Source: Clostridia bacterium
GTDB lineage: Bacteria; Bacillota; Clostridia; Oscillospirales; Acutalibacteraceae
Direction: 5' to 3'
Assembly (NCBI GenBank): GCA_017623855.1
Contig: JAGAOD010000057.1
Location: forward strand, 922-64,921
Length of the DNA: 64,000 nucleotides
The position numbers and the translations under genes were made by a program. Positions 49,306 through 57,798 of the stretch are shown here, piece after piece. Below the pieces are notes generated by a model. That model searched no databases. It was not told the origin of the DNA and saw only the letters and a program-made list of their open reading frames with translations. Position 1 is the stretch's first letter. Each line of letters begins with the position of its first letter.

Positions 49306-50145
49306 ATGAAAATCAAGATTTATTCGGACAGTACCTGCGATCTTTCCGCTGAATTGATCGAAAAGTATAACATCGGCATCCAGCCGCTGTTTGTCGAGAA
49401 GGAAGGCGAGTATTACCGCGACGGCGTGGACATTGTTCCGCAGGATATTTATGACTATGTCGGCTCCGGCAAGGGCGTATGTCATACGGCTGCTGTCAAT
49501 GCGGCGGATTATTCTTCCCTGTTCGAAGAAGTGCTGAAGGAATATGACGCGCTGATCTATTTCAACATCAGCAGCGAAATGTCCAGCTGCTATCAGAATG
49601 CCCGTTTGGCAGCGGCAGAGTTCGAAAATGTTTATGTTGTAGACACCCGCAATCTGTCCACGGGCAGCGGTCTGCTCGTTTTGGCAGCGGCTGAGCGTGC
49701 CGCTGAGGGTGTTCCGGCAGCGGAAATTGCGGCTGAAATGGAAGAGCTGGCCGAAAAGGCAGAGGCAAGCTTTGTCATCGACACACTGTTCTACCTGCAG
49801 AAGGGCGGACGCTGCTCCGCACTCGTAGCACTGGGTGCAAATCTTCTGAAGCTCAAGCCGTGCATTGAAGTCAAGGACGGTGCGATGGGCGTCGGCAAGA
49901 AGTACCGCGGCAAGATCGAGCTGTGCTTTGAGCAGTATGTAAAGGACCGCCTTGAGGGCCGTACCGATGTCGACAGACACCGCATATTCGTCACACACTC
50001 CGGCTGCAAGCCCGAGGTCGTTGCTCATATCAAGGAGCTTGTTGCGGGTTACGGCTTTGAGGAAGTTCTGGAGACCGTAGCCGGCTGCACCGTCTCGAAC
50101 CACTGCGGCCCGAATACGCTCGGCATTCTGTTTCTGAGAAAGTAA
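49306..50145 (+). CDS. DegV family fatty-acid-binding protein
   Basis: SDSTCDL, ISS..S..YQ.A, DTRNLS.G, L.YL.KGGR, HCGPNTLG; promoter TTGAAA-N17-TATACT at 49216-49244. Confidence 0.95.
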   Translation: MKIKIYSDSTCDLSAELIEKYNIGIQPLFVEKEGEYYRDGVDIVPQDIYDYVGSGKGVCHTAAVNAADYSSLFEEVLKEYDALIYFNISSEMSSCYQNARLAAAEFENVYVVDTRNLSTGSGLLVLAAAERAAEGVPAAEIAAEMEELAEKAEASFVIDTLFYLQKGGRCSALVALGANLLKLKPCIEVKDGAMGVGKKYRGKIELCFEQYVKDRLEGRTDVDRHRIFVTHSGCKPEVVAHIKELVAGYGFEEVLETVAGCTVSNHCGPNTLGILFLRK

Positions 50146-50166
50146 AAGCACATATAAGAGGTCCCC

Positions 50167-51432
50167 ATGGAAAATATGAATAAAATGCGGCGCGCGCTGC
50201 ATGATACGGCAGCTTATACGCGGGCGTTTTTCCGCTGGCTGCTGCTTGGCGGTCTGGTAGGCGGTTTAGGCGGCGCGATCGGCGCGGTGTTTTCAAAGTG
50301 TGTGGCGCTGGCTACTGCGGCGCGCGAGGAAAACACATGGCTTCTTTATTTGCTGCCGATCGGCGGCTTGCTGATCGCACTTCTGTATCGGCTGTGCCGT
50401 GTTTCCGGTGTCGGAACGAATGAGGTATTCCTCGGCGTGCGTTCCGAAAAAGGCGTTCCGGTCCTTTTGGCGCCGGCGATCTTTCTCGGTACGGTGATCA
50501 CACACCTTTTCGGCGGTTCAGCCGGACGTGAGGGTGCAGCACTGCAGCTTGGCGGCAGTGTGGCGTCTCTCTTTGGCAGAGCATTTCGCCTGAACGAGAA
50601 GGACAGGCACATTTTGACCATGTGCGGCATGAGTGCCGTTTTCGCTGCGGTTTTCGGCACACCGATGGGCGCTTGCGTGTTTGCAGTCGAGGTTGTTTTT
50701 GTCGGCCGTATGTTGTCGGCAGCGATGTTCCCGTGCCTTGTGTCGTCCGTTACGGGCTATGGCGTGGCTAAGCTTTTGGGTGCGCATGCGGAGCACTTTA
50801 ATGTCCGCATGATCCCCGCGTTTGACATCAATACCCTGTGGCGCGTGCTGGTCGTCTCCGTTGCCGGTGCACTTGTCAGCATGCTGTTCTGCTGGGTGAT
50901 GCACACGGGCGCGCATCTGTTCAAGCGATTGATCAAAAATGAATTTGTCCGCGTATTTGCGGGCGGCGTGCTGATCGTTTTGCTGTCCGTTCTGCTTAAA
51001 ACGACGGACTATAACGGCGGCGGTATGCATGTCATCGAGCGTGTCTTTAACGAAGGCATTGTCCGTCCGGAAGCTTTCCTTTTGAAGATGCTCTTCACGT
51101 CGATCACGATCGGTGCGGGATATAAGGGCGGCGAGATCGTCCCGACGCTGTTCATCGGTGCAACGATGGGCGGAACGGCGGCACTTCTCATCGGACTTGA
51201 TCCGTCCTTCGGTGCGGCTGTCGGCATTGCGGCGCTGTTCTGCGGTGTTACGAATTGCCCCGTGGCAACGATCCTGCTGTGCGTCGAGCTGTTCGGCGGC
51301 GAAGGTGCGCTGTTCTACATGATCGCGGCGATCGTCAGCTTCCTGCTCTCGGGCTACTTCAGCCTGTATTCCGGACAGGAAATGGTCTTCTCGAAGCTGA
51401 ACGATGAAGAGGTTCACCGCTTCGGACATTAA
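50167..51432 (+). CDS. ClC-family chloride/fluoride channel or antiporter (SycA/CLC-F-related)
   Basis: GGSAGREGA, FGTP, KGGEIVP; GTNEV where canonical ClCs have GSGIP. Confidence 0.88.
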   Translation: MENMNKMRRALHDTAAYTRAFFRWLLLGGLVGGLGGAIGAVFSKCVALATAAREENTWLLYLLPIGGLLIALLYRLCRVSGVGTNEVFLGVRSEKGVPVLLAPAIFLGTVITHLFGGSAGREGAALQLGGSVASLFGRAFRLNEKDRHILTMCGMSAVFAAVFGTPMGACVFAVEVVFVGRMLSAAMFPCLVSSVTGYGVAKLLGAHAEHFNVRMIPAFDINTLWRVLVVSVAGALVSMLFCWVMHTGAHLFKRLIKNEFVRVFAGGVLIVLLSVLLKTTDYNGGGMHVIERVFNEGIVRPEAFLLKMLFTSITIGAGYKGGEIVPTLFIGATMGGTAALLIGLDPSFGAAVGIAALFCGVTNCPVATILLCVELFGGEGALFYMIAAIVSFLLSGYFSLYSGQEMVFSKLNDEEVHRFGH

Positions 51433-51438
51433 AAAATT

Positions 51439-51474
51439 AAGGCAGAGTTGATTTTTCGATCAACTCTGCCTTGT
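51439..51474. terminator. Bidirectional terminator between ClC gene and hflC
   Basis: AAGGCAGAGTTGAT...ATCAACTCTGCCTT. Confidence 0.8.
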
Positions 51475-51487
51475 TTGTTATGTAGGG

Positions 51488-52363
51488 TTACGGATTCATC
51501 AGGATCTGTGCGAGGTCGGAGTCCTGGCTCAGAATGATGGTCTTTTCACTGCCGTCCAGCGTCGCCTGCAGGGCATCGAGTGCTAAGGTGAACTCGTAGA
51601 AATCCTGCTTTTCCTGAGAATTATACGCTTCACCGAGCATTCTCATGTACTCTGCTTCGCCCTCTGCAACGAGCTTTGCGGCTTCCGCTTCGGCGTTCGA
51701 GACGATGATGTTCACCTGCTTATCCACGTCGTTGCGGATCAGGGAAGCCTCGTAGTTACCGTCCGCGGTGTATTTTTCCGCGATCTGCTTGCGTTCGGAG
51801 ATCATGCGGGTGTATACCGCGCTCTCGTTTGCTTCAGGCAGGTCAAAGCGCTTGATCTTCACGTCTTCGACCTTGATGCCGTAGTTTACTGCGAGCTGAT
51901 CCACGCTTGCGGTGATCCCCTCGTAGATGTCGTTTCTCGCGCCGCCGTCTTCCATGTTGATGATGTCGGACTGGGAAAGCGTACCCATAACGTTTTTCAG
52001 TGCGTTGTAGGTGAGGGCGTTCAGACGCTCCTCTGCGACGGTCGTGTTGCCGAGGGACTGATAGAACTTCAGCGGGTCGGATACATTCCACAGAACGTAA
52101 CAGTCGACGGTCATGTTCTGCTTGTCGGCGGTCAGTACTTCACTGGGCGGGATGTCATAGAGCATGGTTGCCTTCGGGAAGTATTTGACCGAGTCGATAA
52201 AGGGGACCTTAAAGTGCATGCCCGGGGCGTCCGTCGTAGAGATGATCTTCGACATGCGCACGGTGCAGCCGTATTCATTTTCACGTACAGTGAACATGGA
52301 GCCGCCGAGACAAATGGCTGCCAACAGCACAGCGGCTATAATAACGATATATCTCTTTTTCAT
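51488..52363 (-). CDS. hflC: Protease modulator HflC (SPFH)
   Basis: PG.HFK.PFID, LT.DK....VD, IKR.DLP, RM.SER, FYEF. Confidence 0.9.
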   Translation of the reverse strand: MKKRYIVIIAAVLLAAICLGGSMFTVRENEYGCTVRMSKIISTTDAPGMHFKVPFIDSVKYFPKATMLYDIPPSEVLTADKQNMTVDCYVLWNVSDPLKFYQSLGNTTVAEERLNALTYNALKNVMGTLSQSDIINMEDGGARNDIYEGITASVDQLAVNYGIKVEDVKIKRFDLPEANESAVYTRMISERKQIAEKYTADGNYEASLIRNDVDKQVNIIVSNAEAEAAKLVAEGEAEYMRMLGEAYNSQEKQDFYEFTLALDALQATLDGSEKTIILSQDSDLAQILMNP

Positions 52364-52365
52364 AA

Positions 52366-53514
52366 TTACTCATTGCCTCCAACGAATTCGCTGTCCTCAA
52401 CGGGTTCGGTGACGGACGGCTCGGTGACGGACGGTGCGGGTGTTGCGATCGGTGCTGTCACCGGCGCGGCTTTGCCGTCCTCCTGAACGAAGCTTTCAAT
52501 CGGCAGAACCTTCTCTACCTGACTTCCGCTGCCGGAGGTGTCGATAAACACCTTTATGCCGGGCAGTGTTTCGGAGATCGCTTCGTAGTACATACGGGAT
52601 TTTGTGATGTCGGGATTCAAGCTGTATTCCTTGTACATCGCGTTGAACATGGCAACCTGCTCGGTCGCTTCATTGATACGCTTCTGCTTTAAGTATTCGG
52701 CGTTGCGGAGCAGCTCGTCGGCCTGTGCCTGCGCTTTGGGAAGCTGCGCGTTCTGATAAGCCAGCGCTTCGTTCATCACGGTCTCGGCCTGCTGCTTGGC
52801 GGTCTCAACGGCCTTGAAGGCTTCGGTGACCTCCACGGTGGGCGGTTCGGAGTCCTGAATCTTTACGTCGACGAGTGTCAGGCCGATGTCATACGTCTGC
52901 AGGATCTCCGTGACGAGCTCCTTGACACGCATCTGAATGGATTCCTTGCCGGTCGTCAGGACGGAGTCAACGGCTTCGGAGCCGACGACGTTTCTGACCT
53001 GACTCTGCAGAAGATTTCTGAGGATCGTCTCCGGCTCATAAGCGCCGTACAGATACTGCACGGGGTTTGAAACCTTGTACTCCACGAAGAATTCCACGTT
53101 GACGATGTTGTAGTCGCCGGTGATCATCTTCGTTTCGCTTTCGATGATGTCGTATTCATTTGCGTTGCTGCCGATCGTCCGGTAGCCGAGCTCAAGCTTC
53201 TGATATACGTTGACGTCGACCTTGTCAACCTTCTGGATACCAAACGGTAATTTCATGTGGAAGCCGGCGTCCGTAACGTCGGTGACCTTGCCGAAGGTCG
53301 TAACGACCGCCTGCTGCTTGTCATCGACCGTGTACCAGCTCGTGGTGCTTGCGGCAAGAACGATGAGGAGCAGGGCACCGATCAGAAGATACCGCGGCAG
53401 CTTCTTGAGAAATTTGCCGTCTGATTTCATGTTCACGACGGGCGGCTTCGGCGGGAAGGGCTTGTTTTCGGTTTTCTCGGTGAATTCCGTGTAGTCCTTA
53501 AACGGTTCATTCAT
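52366..53514 (-). CDS. hflK: Protease modulator HflK (SPFH)
   Basis: MITGDYNIV, QD..PP..V..AF..V, A.AY.N, R.Y.E. Confidence 0.9.
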   Translation of the reverse strand: MNEPFKDYTEFTEKTENKPFPPKPPVVNMKSDGKFLKKLPRYLLIGALLLIVLAASTTSWYTVDDKQQAVVTTFGKVTDVTDAGFHMKLPFGIQKVDKVDVNVYQKLELGYRTIGSNANEYDIIESETKMITGDYNIVNVEFFVEYKVSNPVQYLYGAYEPETILRNLLQSQVRNVVGSEAVDSVLTTGKESIQMRVKELVTEILQTYDIGLTLVDVKIQDSEPPTVEVTEAFKAVETAKQQAETVMNEALAYQNAQLPKAQAQADELLRNAEYLKQKRINEATEQVAMFNAMYKEYSLNPDITKSRMYYEAISETLPGIKVFIDTSGSGSQVEKVLPIESFVQEDGKAAPVTAPIATPAPSVTEPSVTEPVEDSEFVGGNE

Positions 53515-53580
53515 AGTGGATTACCTCTTTTCTGGAAATAAAGTGTATAAATTCCTTTTTCAAACACAAAGGGGCTGTTT

Positions 53581-54138
53581 TTACGGCAGCTCGAGCAGCA
53601 TGCGCTGGGCTTCACTCTGCAGCTGGGCGGAACGCCATGCCGTGATCAGGATCCGCAGTACCGCTTTGATACGCTGCTTTGCGCCGGGTACGGGCTCCTC
53701 GTAGGCTGCAAGGCTGCGGTCGAGCATCGGGCCGAGCTCCTCCGGCGCGGGATATCCCTCACGCGTGACCGTACGGGCGAGCAAGACAAACGCGCGGTAG
53801 AACTGCGTGTCATCGATGGTGTCGTCACCCTCGTCGTCGAGTGCACCGTTTATGTAGCGGAGCAGGCTGCAGATCTGGTCGATCGAAAGAGCGCTTTTCA
53901 GCGCGTTGATTGTCAGGATCCGGCTGAGCTGGCGGCGCGTGTACTTGCGCTGCTGCGGCGGGGACAGAAAACCCCGACGAACCCAGTTCTGGACGATATA
54001 CGGTTCGAGACCGGTCACCTGCGTTACCTGTGAGAGCACGAGTCCGCCTGTCAGAAACATCGCCGAGAATACCTCTTCGGCAGACTCCTCGCGGTCAAGA
54101 TCCACGCTGAGCACGGTTCCGGGAAGCGTCCAATTCAC
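53581..54138 (-). CDS. DUF1836 family putative DNA-binding protein
   Basis: GL..SQV....GLE...VQNWV.RG...PP..RKY...QL..I..I..LK; GTG start after SD AAGGAG; promoter TTGACA-N17-TATACT. Confidence 0.8.
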   Translation of the reverse strand: MNWTLPGTVLSVDLDREESAEEVFSAMFLTGGLVLSQVTQVTGLEPYIVQNWVRRGFLSPPQQRKYTRRQLSRILTINALKSALSIDQICSLLRYINGALDDEGDDTIDDTQFYRAFVLLARTVTREGYPAPEELGPMLDRSLAAYEEPVPGAKQRIKAVLRILITAWRSAQLQSEAQRMLLELP

Positions 54139-54367
54139 ATTCTCATCTCCTTTTGATTTGATGATATGAGTATAATACATAATCGCGTGATTGTCAATAG
54201 GGATTTAATGATTTTTGTCAAAAAATTATCAGATCGGCTGTTTCAGGAAATTTTTCCGATATTTGCGTAACCGTTTTGGTCTGATTGCTTTCTTTAAGGG
54301 TGAAGCGGACAATAATTTTCTTGCAGAACCGAAATAAATTCAGTATACTGAAAACGGAGGGATCTTT

Positions 54368-54835
54368 ATGAAAAAGTATTGGCTGTGGCTTATGGTTTTT
54401 ATCCTGTGTGTCTGCACAGCCTGTGCAGCACCCGAGGCGGGAGATGAGCCCATCATTGATTATCCCGTATATGATTGGGGCGTGACGCTGACGGCAAAGG
54501 ATGTGACCGAAAGGGGACTCACGATCGTGTGCACGCAAAGCGGCGGGGAAGCCAAGGGTGAACTGCAGACCGGCAGCTGGTACGAGGTGCAGAAGCTCGA
54601 AAACGGCAATTGGAAGAAGGTCGAATATACGACGATCGATGAAGAATATGTCGGCTGGACCTCGGAAGCATGGTGCGTTCCGAAGGGCGAGACCGTCGAA
54701 TGGACGGTGGATTGGAGCTGGCTGTACGAGTCGCTTCCCGCCGGGGAATACCGTATCGGCAAGGAGATCATAGATTTTCAGGAAACGGGAACATACGACG
54801 AAACCGTAATTTACGCGGAATTCAGCATCCAGTGA
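54368..54835 (+). CDS. Lipoprotein with Ig-like domain
   Basis: Lipobox-like CTAC; W..LY..LP.GEYRI.K motif. Confidence 0.75.
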   Translation: MKKYWLWLMVFILCVCTACAAPEAGDEPIIDYPVYDWGVTLTAKDVTERGLTIVCTQSGGEAKGELQTGSWYEVQKLENGNWKKVEYTTIDEEYVGWTSEAWCVPKGETVEWTVDWSWLYESLPAGEYRIGKEIIDFQETGTYDETVIYAEFSIQ

Positions 54836-54873
54836 TCCGCGTGGAATAAATAGACAGGAGAGGAGCAACACAG

Positions 54874-55836
54874 ATGAAAAAGATAATCGCGATCCTTCTT
54901 ATGGGCTTATGGCTTTTCAGCCTCACCGGATGTGCTGCTTCGGCGGCACCGAAGGATGAAATGATTTCGAATTCTGCCGCAGGGTATGACAGTGGCTATG
55001 CTGAGGAAGGCTACTATGACACGGTCACGGAAGAAGTCGAGGTCGAGTTCGAGGAGGAAACGCCTGCCATGGCGGGCGGGAGCACGGTAGAGCCCGAAAT
55101 GCCCGACGACGGCAGGAAGATCATCCGCAACACAACGATGACCGTCGAGACGAAGGCATTTGACGAGTCCGTGGTCGCCTTAAAGCAGGCGATCGGCGCC
55201 GTCAGCGGCTACGTGGAATATTCCTCGCAGTACAGCGGCGGACGCACCCGCAGCGCGGAATATGTCTGCCGTATCCCGGCAGACCGCTACAGCAAATTCC
55301 TTGAAAGCGTTTCCGGTACGGGCAGTGTGGTGCGCACCGAGGAAAGCACCGAGGACGCGACGGCGCAGTATGTGGACATGGAGTCCCGTCTCAGAAGTCT
55401 CCGCACGCAGGAGGAGCGTCTTTTGGAGCTGAAGGAGGAATCCGGTTCTCTGGAAGAGCTGCTTGCCGTGCAGGATAAGCTCATGGAGGTCCAGTATCAG
55501 ATCGAAAGCTACACCGGTCAGATGAAGGTACTGACAAACCGTATCGATTACGCGACGGTGCAGATCTACCTGGAAGAGGTCGAAGTGTATACGCCGGTCG
55601 AGCCAAGCTTTGGCGAAGAGATCGTGGATACATTCAGCGAGATGCTGCGTGACGTGAAAAACGGCGCCGAGGATATCCTCCTTGCCGTGATCTATCTCAT
55701 CCCGCTGTGGATCATCGCAGCGGCGGCTGCCGCAGTCATCGTCCTGCTTGTGAAGCGCAGTAAGCGCAAAAAGGCGAAAAAGCTGCAGGAATACTACGCG
55801 GCACAGTCCGTTAACGAGAATACACCGAAGGAATAA
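54874..55836 (+). CDS. DUF4349 family lipoprotein
   Basis: LTGC lipobox; RKIIR, GYVE, RIP, ED.T.QYVD...RL, C-terminal TM. Confidence 0.85.
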   Translation: MKKIIAILLMGLWLFSLTGCAASAAPKDEMISNSAAGYDSGYAEEGYYDTVTEEVEVEFEEETPAMAGGSTVEPEMPDDGRKIIRNTTMTVETKAFDESVVALKQAIGAVSGYVEYSSQYSGGRTRSAEYVCRIPADRYSKFLESVSGTGSVVRTEESTEDATAQYVDMESRLRSLRTQEERLLELKEESGSLEELLAVQDKLMEVQYQIESYTGQMKVLTNRIDYATVQIYLEEVEVYTPVEPSFGEEIVDTFSEMLRDVKNGAEDILLAVIYLIPLWIIAAAAAAVIVLLVKRSKRKKAKKLQEYYAAQSVNENTPKE

Positions 55837-55860
55837 AAGAGAAAGCGCGGAGGTCATGCT

Positions 55861-56493
55861 ATGAAAAGATTACTTTCCGTTCTGCTCGTGCTTCTTGTCA
55901 TACTGTCCTTTACGGGCTGCCGCAGCCGAAGGCTTCCGCCGGAGGCCGTGGCGGCAAAGCCGGTGATCTATCTCTACCCCGAGGAAGAAACGGAGGTTTC
56001 CGTGAAGCTGGTCTTTGACGGCGAGCTGACTTCAACCTATCCTTTGTATGAGAATGGCTGGACGGTCACCGCAGAACCGGACGGTACGCTGACGGACAAG
56101 AACGGACGTGAATACTATTGCCTGTTCTGGGAGGGTGTGTCCGATGCGGCATACGATTTTTCCACAGGCTTCACGGTTCCCGGTGAAGAAACCGCAGCGT
56201 TCTTGGAAAAGGCACTCGCCGAGATCGGACTGACCGAAAAGGAAGCGAATGAGTTTGTTATCTACTGGCTGCCCAAAATGGAGCATAACGCGTATAATAT
56301 GATCTCGTTCCAGACGGATGTCTATACGGACACCGCAGCACTTGAGATCACGCCCGAACCGGACAGTTTGCTGCGCGTTTTCATGGCATGGAAGGCTGTG
56401 GAAGAGCCCGTGAACCTTGAGCCACAGTGCTTTGAGCCGTTTACGCGCGAGGGTTTCACTGTCGTGGAATGGGGCGGCGCAGAGATAGAATAA
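55861..56493 (+). CDS. Lipoprotein of the KPVIYLYP family (unknown function)
   Basis: FTGC lipobox; KPVIYLYP, YCLFWEG, EFVIYWLP, RVFM, VVEWGG. Confidence 0.8.
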   Translation: MKRLLSVLLVLLVILSFTGCRSRRLPPEAVAAKPVIYLYPEEETEVSVKLVFDGELTSTYPLYENGWTVTAEPDGTLTDKNGREYYCLFWEGVSDAAYDFSTGFTVPGEETAAFLEKALAEIGLTEKEANEFVIYWLPKMEHNAYNMISFQTDVYTDTAALEITPEPDSLLRVFMAWKAVEEPVNLEPQCFEPFTREGFTVVEWGGAEIE

Positions 56494-56496
56494 AGC

Positions 56497-56578
56497 AAAA
56501 AAGCACCGAGGGAGACCCTTCGGTGCTTTCGTATGCTAAGAACTACGCAAAAAGGCTGTCCGTAAGGACAGCCTTTTA
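56497..56578. terminator. Two adjacent terminator hairpins between convergent lipoprotein operon and rpsT
   Basis: AAAGCACCGAGGG..CCCTTCGGTGCTTT and AAAAGGCTGTCC-GTAA-GGACAGCCTTTT. Confidence 0.8.
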
Positions 56579-56615
56579 ATGTTGCGATTTGGAAATTAAG
56601 CGCCAGTTTCAGCTA

Positions 56616-56870
56616 TTAGCCGTTGAGCTTCTTATCCAGAGCGGACTTCTTTCTGGCAGCTGTATTCTTGTGCAGAATACCCTTTGCGGTAGCCTGGTCG
56701 ATCTTCTTGACAGCAACCTTAACAGCCTCTGCCTTGTCCGGAGCGTTAGCCTCGAGAGCAGCATTAGCCTTCTTAATCTCGGTCTTGAGCTCAGAATTGA
56801 TCATCTTGTTCTGCAGGGTCTTAGCTGCAGCAACCTTTACGCGCTTCTTTGCAGACTTAATGTTGGGCAC
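56616..56870 (-). CDS. rpsT: 30S ribosomal protein S20
   Basis: (M)[24 protein letters not shown]; GTG start after SD GAGGAGG. Confidence 0.98.
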   Translation of the reverse strand: MPNIKSAKKRVKVAAAKTLQNKMINSELKTEIKKANAALEANAPDKAEAVKVAVKKIDQATAKGILHKNTAARKKSALDKKLNG

Positions 56871-56970
56871 AGTGGACACCTCCTCGAAAAACAGGATTAT
56901 AGTACGGCGAAACCGCCTGAACCGTATTGGTGGGCATAGATTCGCCTTAAACTCCAATAACGCAGAAATA

Positions 56971-56999
56971 ATAATACCACATAACCCCGGAAAAAGCAA
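56971..56999 (-). promoter_or_regulatory. SigA promoter of rpsT
   Basis: TTGCTT-N17-TATTAT with TGn extension. Confidence 0.6.
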
Positions 57000-57074
57000 G
57001 CATTTTTTCCGGTTTTTTCGCAAAACGCATCCCGTTGGCATGAAACGGAAATACACCGCAAGATACAGGGATTT

Positions 57075-57782
57075 TTACCGCTTTTTGACCATCATACCCA
57101 CAAAGCAGGTGTAGGGCTTGATGAGAGAATCAAAGTGGGCGAGGTCTCCGAGTGCATACTCGTGCGCCGTGCCGAGCCATTCCTGCCACGCGATATCAAA
57201 GCTGTCCATTTCCCATGTTCGGACCTCTTCAATGTCGGGATGCTCGCCGAGGATACGTTTCCAGAAAACGGGGCTCTGGAACATATACGCTTCGTCACGA
57301 AGCCACGGGGTGAGAAGCTCCTCGCTTCTGCCGTCAAATTCCGTTTTCATGCCCGGAACGGCGATCAAAACCGTGCCGCCTTTTTTAATAAAGGGCAGAA
57401 TGTTTTCGGCGAAGAAGCCTTCGGCGCCGGCAAAATAGTGGTATGCGTCGATACTGATGAGTGCATCGAACATTTCCTTTTCAAAGTGCAGGTCACGTGC
57501 GTCCTTGTGCACGGGAATGAGCCGGTCTTCCATGCCCCATGCCTTAAAGCGTGCGCGATTCTCCTCTTCGGAGATCCACAGGTCATTGGCGTATACCGTC
57601 GCGCCCGTTTCCTTTGCGGTGAAGAGGCTCGTTACGCCCTTGCCGCAGCCGAGGTCCAAAATGCGGTTTTCTGCGGTGAACTGCAGCGGATAGGTGGATA
57701 AAAGCTCGTCCAAAAGGCGCAGGCAGTTCGGGCCCATCATGTATTCGGCCTTGAAAAATTCCTTATATGCATCAATTCTCAT
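57075..57782 (-). CDS. Class I SAM-dependent methyltransferase
   Basis: MMGPN, ILDLGCGKG.TS, A.DLW, FDA.IS.DAYHYF. Confidence 0.9.
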   Translation of the reverse strand: MRIDAYKEFFKAEYMMGPNCLRLLDELLSTYPLQFTAENRILDLGCGKGVTSLFTAKETGATVYANDLWISEEENRARFKAWGMEDRLIPVHKDARDLHFEKEMFDALISIDAYHYFAGAEGFFAENILPFIKKGGTVLIAVPGMKTEFDGRSEELLTPWLRDEAYMFQSPVFWKRILGEHPDIEEVRTWEMDSFDIAWQEWLGTAHEYALGDLAHFDSLIKPYTCFVGMMVKKR

Positions 57783-57798
57783 GGTGTTTCCCTTTCTT

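Noticed and set aside
50145-50170. Fluoride riboswitch ahead of the ClC gene
   Set aside because: Only a 21-nt gap after degV and no riboswitch consensus.
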